DNA from: Candidatus Moraniibacteriota bacterium
GTDB lineage: Bacteria > Patescibacteriota > Minisyncoccia > Moranbacterales > GCA-2747515
Direction of reading: 5' to 3'
Assembly (NCBI GenBank): GCA_016699795.1
Contig: CP065011.1
Location: 610,474-674,473, forward strand
Length of the DNA: 64,000 nucleotides
Shown here: in pieces, positions 47,295 through 55,249 of the stretch
How positions within the stretch are numbered: the stretch's first letter is position 1
How the letters are laid out: each line of letters opens with the position of its first letter
Notes under the pieces: model-generated
Database searches by the model: none
What the model was told of the DNA's origin: nothing
The model's input: only the letters and a program-made list of their open reading frames with translations
Program-made: the position numbers and the translations under genes

Positions 47295-49571
47295 ATGGAT
47301 GAAATACGAAAGTTTTGGAAGATTTTCCCGGTAATTCTTTTTGGTCTTTGGACGTTTGGAATTCTCATTGCTTATTTCTATTTCTATGAAAATTATAGAA
47401 TAGCCCTTCTCGATGGGCTATTTATTCTTCTTTTTCTTGGTTTAATTTTTTGTATAGGAGCTTTTTTCTTTTTTTGTATTTATTTGACGTTTGCAATTTT
47501 TAAAAAACCATTACCAAAATTCTTTTCATTATTTCTTTATTTCAAACATAAAGAAATAATTTCAATTTCTCTGAAAAAGATTATCCTTTCATTTTTCACC
47601 GTTTCACTTTTGTGGATTGTTCTTATTTTTCTTATTTCAAAAAATTTTCAAATAGTTGTTAATAATGTAGTTTCTCTTATTCTTATCTTTTTTTTCGTTT
47701 TATTAGGATTTTCTTTGGGTAGTGTTCTTATTCGATATTTTCAAATAAAGACCTTAGGACTTCTTGAAAGATATATTCTGGCGAGCCTTTTTGGCTTTGG
47801 AATTCTTATGTTTTTGATGTACGTCTTGGGAATGATCGGTTTATTGTATTCACGGAGCGTTTACATAATACTTTTCGGTATTCTTATTTTTTTTCGAAAG
47901 GAGTGGTTCCAACTTTTTGATGAGATGGGGACGGTACATTTTCAGTGGAAAATCCGACCATTTCTTTCATTTAAAAATTTTTCTTTTTTGGCATTATTTA
48001 TTCTTTGTTCTTTAACTCTGACGAGTCTCTTCTCGCAATTCCCAATTGGTTTTGATGAACTTCATACCTATCAAGGATTTTCTCACAATTATGCAGAAAA
48101 TCATCGTATTGTGAATTTTCCATACTGGCTAACAAATGGATTCCCACAGAATGGAGAAATGCTCTTTACTTTCGGACATCTTCTCGGAGGATTCCAAGTC
48201 TCGGCTGGTATAAATGTTGTTTTTTATTTTCTTTTGGGTGGAATTTTAGTTCTTTTTTTTCGCTTTCTTTTTGTTCGATCGAAAGAATATTATCTTCTTC
48301 TTTTGTACTCGATTTCTTCTATACCATTTTGGATGCTTTTTGATCATAAGATCGATCTTATTTTTTGGAGTTATGTGATGTGCGGAATATATTTTCTTTT
48401 GAAATTTATTGAACAAAAAAAGAAAGAATTAATGATTCTTTCTTTCATTCTTTTAGGAATTTCTGCTGGAGTAAAATACAATTTTTTTTCTCTTATTTTA
48501 CCGAGCATTCTTTTTGTACTCATCTTCTTTCCAAGAGAGTTTGCTTTTAAAAAAAGATTTTTTAATAGTATATTGTGCATTTTCTTTGTAGGTCTTTTAT
48601 TTAGTCCTTGGGCTTTGAAAAATGTTCTTTTTTCAGGAAATCCCATAGAACCAGCTTTCGGTGATTATTTATCTCGAAAGGATGTCTTCTTTAAACAGAT
48701 AGGGAGGAATTATTCCGATCATCTAAGAGAACAACTTGCAGATGGTTTTGTTTGGGCGGAGAATCAAGATACTAGGGATTGGAAATTTTACGCAACATTA
48801 CCATTTCGATTGACATTTAATTATGAAAAAGAAAATTTTTCTGATACTTTGAATGTGGGGCCAATATTTTTAATTTCATTTCCTTTTCTCTTTTTTCTTT
48901 TTCAAAGAAAATATAAAAATATAAAAATTTTTCTTATTTTTCTTCTTATTTTTCTTCAAATATTATTTTGGATTTTTTTTAGTAACCTTCTTTTATTTTA
49001 TAGTTTTATTGCTTTTCTTCTTTTATTTTTAATTTTAAGCGATACTTTGAGCAAAAAAAATATCTTCTCTCTCCTTTTTAGAATTTCTTTTTTTGTGTTG
49101 GTTTTTACGATAGTACCATTACGTCTCACTAGCTTCTTTTATAATGAAACTTTTTTTATTTTGGAAAATAATGGAAACTATAATCTTTTTGAAGTGGCAC
49201 AATTTATTAATGAGGAAAAACTTCCCGGACTAATTTGGGATTCTTACGGACTTTCTTTAAATTATTATGTTCAAAATGCTCATTCAAGAATTATTTATGA
49301 TTTTTATATGTTACTTTTTTATTTCTTATGTCAAAGATATGAGGGAGATGTGATTGTGGATTTTATGAAATCACATAATGTTTACTATTTTATTTATAAA
49401 GAAAATAGTATTAAATATTGGCAAAATGTTAGTAGACGAGCGGAAAAGGTCTCCCCCTTTTCCTCAAAATTATATTTACAAAGCTTTGAAGGATATTTGG
49501 GATTTAGGGAAAAACATCTTAAAGAAATATTTCGTAGTGGGGATATTGGATTATATACGTATAAAGATTAA
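47295..49571 (+). CDS. 758-aa polytopic integral membrane protein; putative GT-C-type (ArnT/PMT-like) glycosyltransferase or polymerase
   Basis: About 20 hydrophobic helices, very Phe/Leu-rich. Composition and size resemble GT-C membrane glycosyltransferases. Its position in the sugar cluster supports the call. No motif verified. Confidence 0.4.
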   Translation: MDEIRKFWKIFPVILFGLWTFGILIAYFYFYENYRIALLDGLFILLFLGLIFCIGAFFFFCIYLTFAIFKKPLPKFFSLFLYFKHKEIISISLKKIILSFFTVSLLWIVLIFLISKNFQIVVNNVVSLILIFFFVLLGFSLGSVLIRYFQIKTLGLLERYILASLFGFGILMFLMYVLGMIGLLYSRSVYIILFGILIFFRKEWFQLFDEMGTVHFQWKIRPFLSFKNFSFLALFILCSLTLTSLFSQFPIGFDELHTYQGFSHNYAENHRIVNFPYWLTNGFPQNGEMLFTFGHLLGGFQVSAGINVVFYFLLGGILVLFFRFLFVRSKEYYLLLLYSISSIPFWMLFDHKIDLIFWSYVMCGIYFLLKFIEQKKKELMILSFILLGISAGVKYNFFSLILPSILFVLIFFPREFAFKKRFFNSILCIFFVGLLFSPWALKNVLFSGNPIEPAFGDYLSRKDVFFKQIGRNYSDHLREQLADGFVWAENQDTRDWKFYATLPFRLTFNYEKENFSDTLNVGPIFLISFPFLFFLFQRKYKNIKIFLIFLLIFLQILFWIFFSNLLLFYSFIAFLLLFLILSDTLSKKNIFSLLFRISFFVLVFTIVPLRLTSFFYNETFFILENNGNYNLFEVAQFINEEKLPGLIWDSYGLSLNYYVQNAHSRIIYDFYMLLFYFLCQRYEGDVIVDFMKSHNVYYFIYKENSIKYWQNVSRRAEKVSPFSSKLYLQSFEGYLGFREKHLKEIFRSGDIGLYTYKD

Positions 49572-49574
49572 AAT

Positions 49575-50159
49575 ATGAAAACAATAAAAAGAAAGACTTC
49601 CTGGAATTATTTCGATAAATTAACTTCATTTTGGAGAGCGCAATTTATAAAACCTTTTTTGTCCGATAAAAAAACTTTTTGTGATGTGGGTTGTGGTCAA
49701 CAGGGGTCAGTTCTCTTGAGTATTGCAGATAAAATTAAAGAAGGTTACGGCTTTGATTTTAATGTAAAGATTGAAGGGAAAGTTCGAAAAAACATCACAC
49801 TTTCAAGAAAAGATTTTCTTCTCATAAATAAGAAATTCGATGTTATTATTTGTTTGGCAGTATTAGAGCATTTACCTTATCCTAAAGAGTGTGAAAAGGT
49901 TTTGAAAAAGATTTTTGAAAATTTAAAACCCGGAGGATTTTTTATTATGACCACTCCAGACAAAAAAGCAAAATGGTTGCTTGAATTTTTAGCTTACAAA
50001 ATACATATCCTAAACAAAGAAGAAATACTTGATCATAAGCACTATTTTGATAAAAAGGAGTTATTTCTTTTTATAAAAAAAGCAGGATTTATCGATATTA
50101 AACATCGATATTTTCAATTGGGTTTAAATAATCTTGTTATTTGCAAAAAGAAAAAATAG
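49575..50159 (+). CDS. Class I SAM-dependent methyltransferase
   Basis: Motif I FCDVGCGQQG. Post-I acidic residue. LAVLEHLPYP. LKPGGFFIMTTP. Confidence 0.7.
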   Translation: MKTIKRKTSWNYFDKLTSFWRAQFIKPFLSDKKTFCDVGCGQQGSVLLSIADKIKEGYGFDFNVKIEGKVRKNITLSRKDFLLINKKFDVIICLAVLEHLPYPKECEKVLKKIFENLKPGGFFIMTTPDKKAKWLLEFLAYKIHILNKEEILDHKHYFDKKELFLFIKKAGFIDIKHRYFQLGLNNLVICKKKK

Positions 50160-50195
50160 TAAGTGTTTATGCAATTAAAAGTAGGAAATAAATTT

Positions 50196-50876
50196 TTACT
50201 TAATTTTTTTGATTTTCTGAAGGCAGTATATAAGTACGAGCAAAAGAAGTCCTTCAGTGATGATTTTAAAAGATTCTTCCAAAATAGTATAGAGAATAAA
50301 AAAAGTTGTGTTTTCTTTACTTTTTCCCAAAGAATCGAAAAAAATCATAATAAGAAAAGAGATGGTGGAAAGAAAAAGAAAAGATCGTGTTTCTTTGAAA
50401 GTATAAAAACTATTGCGAAAAAAGAATACCCAAAGAGAAACTATCAAAAAATAAGAAAAGACAATTATATCATCAAGTCGACTTGTTTGTTTGTTTGTGA
50501 TGATATGAAGGAAATCTCGAATGTTTTGTCCAAGTAGATTGTGAAGCATAAAAACTTCATCAAAGGAGAGAAAAAGAAATCCTATGCCGAGAAAAATCCA
50601 GAAAAAAACAGAAGAAAATTTTTTCTTTGCTTGATAGAAACGAGAGGCAATATAAACACAAAAAATAGAGAGAAGAAAAAGAAAAGAAAAAGAGACCCAA
50701 GCTATGATGCCATTTTGACCGAAATGTATAGGAAGATTATGAGAATAATATCCTATGGTTATAGTGACGGAGAGAATACAAAATTGAATAAAAGCGATCC
50801 AAAAAATAGATTCTTTTGTTTTGGAAAAAAAGAGAAGGAAATCTCTTCGAAATTTTTTCAGGAGGAGAGCTTTCAT
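50196..50876 (-). CDS. Hypothetical polytopic membrane protein
   Basis: 226 aa with 5-6 hydrophobic helices. The overlapping plus-strand K-rich ORFs (50163-50537, 50541-50915) look like antisense artefacts of this gene. Confidence 0.45.
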   Translation of the reverse strand: MKALLLKKFRRDFLLFFSKTKESIFWIAFIQFCILSVTITIGYYSHNLPIHFGQNGIIAWVSFSFLFLLSIFCVYIASRFYQAKKKFSSVFFWIFLGIGFLFLSFDEVFMLHNLLGQNIRDFLHIITNKQTSRLDDIIVFSYFLIVSLWVFFFRNSFYTFKETRSFLFLSTISFLIMIFFDSLGKSKENTTFFILYTILEESFKIITEGLLLLVLIYCLQKIKKIK

Positions 50877-51005
50877 AGAAGATATGTTTTTAATAGAGAG
50901 ATTCTTTTAGTCTAAGTAGGTTAGTTAAATATGTAGTAGTGTGGGGTATTGGTAGGGGAGCTCTTGAGAAAGAGATACCTTTAAAATTTTTTTGCCTTTA
51001 GGTAT

Positions 51006-52538
51006 TTATTTTTTGGAGAGAATTTTTCCAGTCATTTCGGGTGGGATTGGAATATTCATAAGAGAAAGTATGGTTGGGGCAATATCGGGAAGTGTGCCAT
51101 TTTCCAAAGTATATTCTTTTTTTGTTAATATCGCAGGTACAAGATTTGTCGTGTGAGCTGTATGTTTTTCTTGCGTTTTGTGATCAAAATTTTGTTCTGC
51201 ATTCCCATGATCAGCTGTAATAAAAACAAAACCCCCTTTTTCGATTGTTTTTTCAACAACTCTTTGAAGTTCGCGATCTACCGTCTCGATAGCTTTTTTG
51301 ATAGCAGGAACATTTGCAGTGTGTCCAACCATATCAGCATTAGCAAAATTTATGAAAATAAAATCAGTACCTAATTGGATTTCTTCTAGCGCTTTATCAG
51401 CTATTTCTTTTGCTCGCATTTCTGGGGCTAGATCATGCGTGGGAATATCTTTTCTGCTAGGAACAAGAATGTGTCTTTCTCCTTCGTGAGGAAGCTCTCG
51501 ACCTCCATTAAGAAAGTATGTGGCATGGGCATATTTTTCTGTTTCAGCTATGTGTGCCTGAGTAAGTCCTTTTTGGGAAATTTCTCCAGCGAGTGTTTTT
51601 TTTGGACGAAAAGAGGGAAAAGCAACAGGATAAGCGAGTGTTTCATCGTACTCAGTAAGCGTTACAAAATATATATTTTTTGCTTTTGCGTATTCGAGAG
51701 ATTTTTTTGTAAGCATTCTTGCTCGATCTGCTCGGAAATTATAAAAGAATAAACCATCATTTGGCTCGAGGGCATAATTTTTTCCTTCGGAATCGAGAAA
51801 TACGACAGGCTCAACATGTTCATCAACAATACCTTTTTTGTAAAGATTTCTGATGACTTGGGAGGCTTTTTCGTTATGATATTCTTTTGTTCCTTTTCCT
51901 TGAAAGATAGCATTCTCGACCTTTTCAAGACGATCCCAGTTTTCATCTCTATCCATAGCATAAAATCTTCCAGAAGCTGTTGCTATATGACCAACACCCA
52001 TATCATCTAAAATATCTTCAAGTTTTTCTAGATAGACAGCTGCGCTTTGAGGAGAAACATCTCTTCCATCAAGAAAGGCATGAATGGCTATTTTTTTTAT
52101 TTCTGCGTCTCTGGCTGCACGAAGAAACTCATAGAGATGTGTTTCATGGCTATGAATACCGCCAGGGGAAAGAAGTCCTTTCACATGAAGGGTAGAATTG
52201 TACTTCTTTACATGATTAAAAAGTTCTATAAATGCCGTATTTGAATTGAATTCGTGACGAGAGACGGCTTTGTTAATACGAACTAAGTCTGTGTCGATTG
52301 AAGTACCAGCTCCAATCGCCATATGTCCTATTTCACTATTACCCATTTGTCCTTTAGGAAGACCAACAGAAAGACCACTAGCATCTAATTGCGAATGGGG
52401 ATAGGTACGAAGTAATGAATCAAAAAAAGGCGTAGAGGCATCATGAATAGCATTATGCTCTTTCTCATTTCGAATTCCCCAACCATCGAGAACGATAAGA
52501 ATAGCGGGAGAATGAAAAATTTTCTTTTTTTGCTTCAT
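51006..52538 (-). CDS. gpmI: 2,3-bisphosphoglycerate-independent phosphoglycerate mutase
   Basis: AILIVLDGWGIRNEKEHNAIHDA...MGNSEIGHMAIGAG. The metal-binding and phosphotransferase domain order is conserved. Start set at MKQKKKIFHSPAILIVLDGWG (52538), not the ORF's 42-aa upstream extension. Confidence 0.93.
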   Translation of the reverse strand: MKQKKKIFHSPAILIVLDGWGIRNEKEHNAIHDASTPFFDSLLRTYPHSQLDASGLSVGLPKGQMGNSEIGHMAIGAGTSIDTDLVRINKAVSRHEFNSNTAFIELFNHVKKYNSTLHVKGLLSPGGIHSHETHLYEFLRAARDAEIKKIAIHAFLDGRDVSPQSAAVYLEKLEDILDDMGVGHIATASGRFYAMDRDENWDRLEKVENAIFQGKGTKEYHNEKASQVIRNLYKKGIVDEHVEPVVFLDSEGKNYALEPNDGLFFYNFRADRARMLTKKSLEYAKAKNIYFVTLTEYDETLAYPVAFPSFRPKKTLAGEISQKGLTQAHIAETEKYAHATYFLNGGRELPHEGERHILVPSRKDIPTHDLAPEMRAKEIADKALEEIQLGTDFIFINFANADMVGHTANVPAIKKAIETVDRELQRVVEKTIEKGGFVFITADHGNAEQNFDHKTQEKHTAHTTNLVPAILTKKEYTLENGTLPDIAPTILSLMNIPIPPEMTGKILSKK

Positions 52539-52550
52539 AAAAATCTTTAT

Positions 52551-52655
52551 GGGACTGTTGTTAACCTCCTTTTGTAAATGAAACTTCAAATTTTCATTGA
52601 ATTTACAGTGAAAATTTGGAAATTGCAGTAGAAAATGGAAATTGGCAACAGTCCC
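52551..52655 (-). promoter_or_regulatory. Structured leader upstream of gpmI. A 10-bp inverted repeat GGGACTGTTG...CAACAGTCCC encloses about 85 nt with internal direct repeats
   Basis: gggactgttg at 52551-52560 and caacagtccc at 52646-52655. Inside are the direct repeats gaaaatttggaaattg and gaaaatggaaattgg, and the inverted pair aatgaaa/tttcatt. It lies between the preferred gpmI start and the upstream intergenic region. Confidence 0.3.
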
Positions 52656-52855
52656 TTTATACAATTGCTACATTCTTATGCGAATGTTTATAGTATAATA
52701 AGGTAATGGTATTTTTATCAAGCTAATGGAATGGATTACAAATTTTTTTAAATGTATAACTGAATTATTATATGTTTTTATAAAAGAAAAATAGTGTATA
52801 CTTATTTTTGCAATAATATTTTTTATTTGCTTAATGGAGTAAATTTGTAGTAATT

Positions 52856-53410
52856 ATGGAGCAAGAGCAAGAACGGGAGTTTGTTGTTTTAATAGATGAA
52901 AAAAATAATATCATCGGAACAATGCTAAAGAGTGAAGTACATGGGAGGGAAACACCTTTACACAGAGCTTTTTCAACATTTATTTTTCGTAAATCAGATA
53001 AAAAATTATTACTTCAACAACGAAGTCATGTAAAGAAGACATGGCCTCTTATGTGGTCGAATAGTTGTTGTGGACATCCAAAACCAAATGAGGATACTGT
53101 AAGCGCTGCCAAAAGAAGATTGGATTTTGAGCTAGGTTTACAGCCTTTGTGGATTGAAGAAGTTGCTCCTTATCAATATTGTTTTACTCACAAAGGGGTT
53201 ATGGAAAATGAAATTTGTCCCATACTCATTGGAATGGTGGATAGTGAGCCCATTATTAATACTGAAGAAGTAGAGGCTGTTATGTGGGTAGATTGGAATT
53301 GGTTTGTCGAAGAAACAAAAAAACATCCGGAAAAATATTCTGAGTGGTGTGTGGAAGAAGTAGCCATTCTTGATAAACTTTCGCGAGTGAATGAACTTTT
53401 TATTTCATAA
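52856..53410 (+). CDS. idi: Isopentenyl-diphosphate delta-isomerase, type 1 (Nudix fold)
   Basis: LHRAFSTFIFRKSDKKLLLQQRSHVKKTWPLMWSNSCCGHP has the catalytic Cys/Glu region (NSCCGHP) and a Nudix-like fold. 184 aa. Confidence 0.85.
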   Translation: MEQEQEREFVVLIDEKNNIIGTMLKSEVHGRETPLHRAFSTFIFRKSDKKLLLQQRSHVKKTWPLMWSNSCCGHPKPNEDTVSAAKRRLDFELGLQPLWIEEVAPYQYCFTHKGVMENEICPILIGMVDSEPIINTEEVEAVMWVDWNWFVEETKKHPEKYSEWCVEEVAILDKLSRVNELFIS

Positions 53411-53416
53411 ATATTT

Positions 53417-53713
53417 ATGAGCGAAATATTTCTTTTTTGGGGAAGTGTGTTTGTTGCAATTAATGTAGGCTCTTTCCTCTTGATGTTTTTTGATAAATAC
53501 CTTTCAAAAAAGGAGGGAGGGAAGACAAGGATTTCTGAAGGCGCCTTATTTTTTATAGCTATTTTATTCGGAGGGATTGGTGTTTATCTTGGTATGTTTT
53601 CTTTTCATCATAAAACACGGCATTGGTATTTTATCGCTGGAATACCTTTATTAATATTTCAAAATATTGCTTTTTTGTATTTTCTTTTTCTTTTTTTCTC
53701 TGATTCTTTTTAG
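53417..53713 (+). CDS. DUF1294-family small membrane protein
   Basis: 98 aa. FDKYLSKKEGGKTRISEGALFFIAILFGGIGVYLGMFSFHHKTRHWYF matches the DUF1294 pattern (DK...R[IV][PS]E...GG.GA..GM..F.HKT). Confidence 0.55.
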   Translation: MSEIFLFWGSVFVAINVGSFLLMFFDKYLSKKEGGKTRISEGALFFIAILFGGIGVYLGMFSFHHKTRHWYFIAGIPLLIFQNIAFLYFLFLFFSDSF

Positions 53714-53819
53714 TTTTTTGGAATATATGATAGAAAGAAGAAAGTATTTTTCAGAGAAGAAATATTTAATAAGTCATTTCTGATATTTGTCATTAAATTC
53801 AAATAGCGGGCTATTTTTT

Positions 53820-54971
53820 ATGGAGAGATTATATTATCTTGAGGGGCTTCGTGGAATAGCTTCTTTAGTTGTAGTTGTGCATCATTTTATTTTAGCTTTT
53901 TATCCGGCTTTATTTTTTGGTTCTTCCTTTTCATACCATTTTCAAAAAGACGTAGAAAAATTTATGTCTGGATCGGTTCTTAGTCTTTTTTATAATGGAA
54001 ATTTTGCTGTATGCTTGTTTTTTGTTTTAAGTGGATTTGTTTTGAGTTATAAATTTTTTTTAGAAAAAAAATACGAAAGTGTGCGAGAAAGTATTGTGAA
54101 ACGATATGTTCGCCTTATGATTCCTGTTGTTTTCTCTATTTTCCTCGTGTTTTTTTTGATGAAACTCTCTCTTTTTTTTAATAGTCAAGTTGCGTCTATT
54201 TCTGGATCAACTTGGTTCGGTGATTTTTGGTCATTTGAAGAAAATTTTTATGATGCTCTTTATGCGGGATTTATAGGTTCATTTTTTTCAGATGTATTTC
54301 CTTATAATATTGTACTTTGGACGATTTCATTTGAATTCCTCGGTTCTTTACTTGTTTTTGCTTTTCTTGCTTTGTTTGGAACTATGAAAAAAAGAAGCAT
54401 TGTTTATATAGTAGGTATGATATTTTTTTTCCAAACATATTATTTAGCATTTATTCTTGGAATGCTTTTGAGTGATATAGCAACATCGCAAAGAGGTTTA
54501 TTAGAAAAGATTTCAAGAAAAAAATGGATGGTTGGAGGATTGTTATTTTCTGGACTTTTTTTGGGAGGTTTTCCTTCAGATTATACTGCAACCATAGGAA
54601 CTTTTTATGAAAATATGCATGATCCGATCTTTAAAAATGCTACTGCGTTGTATCATACTATAGGAGCATTTCTTTTTATCGCGGCTTTACTTTGTTGTAA
54701 GAAAGCTCAAAATATTCTTTCTTACAAGTATTTTGTATTTTTTGGAGAAATTTCTTTTTCTTTTTATCTTTTACACTTTATCGTTTTAGGCTCTCTTACA
54801 AGTTTTATTTTTTTACAATTACATCTTTATTTTTCTTATAACATTTCTGCTCTTTTTGCTTTTATTATTTCCTTGGGATTTTTAATTATTTTTTCGTATT
54901 GGATGTATATATATATTGATAAAAAAGCTATTCAATTTTCAAAGTTTTTGTATGTACGATTTTTTAAATGA
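53820..54971 (+). CDS. Acyltransferase family 3 (OatA/OafA-like membrane O-acyltransferase)
   Basis: MERLYYLEGLRGIASLVVVVHHF is the N-terminal signature of acyltransferase-3. About 10 TM helices. Start taken at the internal Met at 53820. Confidence 0.75.
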   Translation: MERLYYLEGLRGIASLVVVVHHFILAFYPALFFGSSFSYHFQKDVEKFMSGSVLSLFYNGNFAVCLFFVLSGFVLSYKFFLEKKYESVRESIVKRYVRLMIPVVFSIFLVFFLMKLSLFFNSQVASISGSTWFGDFWSFEENFYDALYAGFIGSFFSDVFPYNIVLWTISFEFLGSLLVFAFLALFGTMKKRSIVYIVGMIFFFQTYYLAFILGMLLSDIATSQRGLLEKISRKKWMVGGLLFSGLFLGGFPSDYTATIGTFYENMHDPIFKNATALYHTIGAFLFIAALLCCKKAQNILSYKYFVFFGEISFSFYLLHFIVLGSLTSFIFLQLHLYFSYNISALFAFIISLGFLIIFSYWMYIYIDKKAIQFSKFLYVRFFK

Positions 54972-55249
54972 AAAACAAGGTATATACGTAAACGTAAAAA
55001 GAAAAATGAGAAAGGATAATAAAAAATGTACTTATCATAAAATAAAAAAGAATCTTTTGGGTAGTTTTAGTGTACAAGAGATGCCTCAAATATCTATTTA
55101 TTAAAAGCAAAAGCAGGATTAAAAAGAAGAGTTTTTTGGAGATGGTTTGCAAAATTAAACTTCTTGGGTGTAAAGTACGTTTTAGTATTTTTTCTTTTTA
55201 AAAAAATAAGAAAAAATATTTTTTTATTACAAATATAATAGAAGGAAAT

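Noticed and set aside
50163-50915. Two 124-aa Lys-rich plus-strand ORFs (50163-50537, 50541-50915)
   Set aside because: They lie exactly antisense to a minus-strand Phe/Leu-rich membrane protein (50196-50876). K-rich low-complexity is the expected antisense translation of F-rich codons. No motifs.
52539-52664. 42-aa N-terminal extension of the gpmI ORF (MYKGTVANFHFLLQFPNFHCKF...)
   Set aside because: GpmI homologs begin at the MKQKKK...ILIVLDGWG region. The extension overlaps a repeat-structured, non-coding-looking segment. Start moved to 52538.
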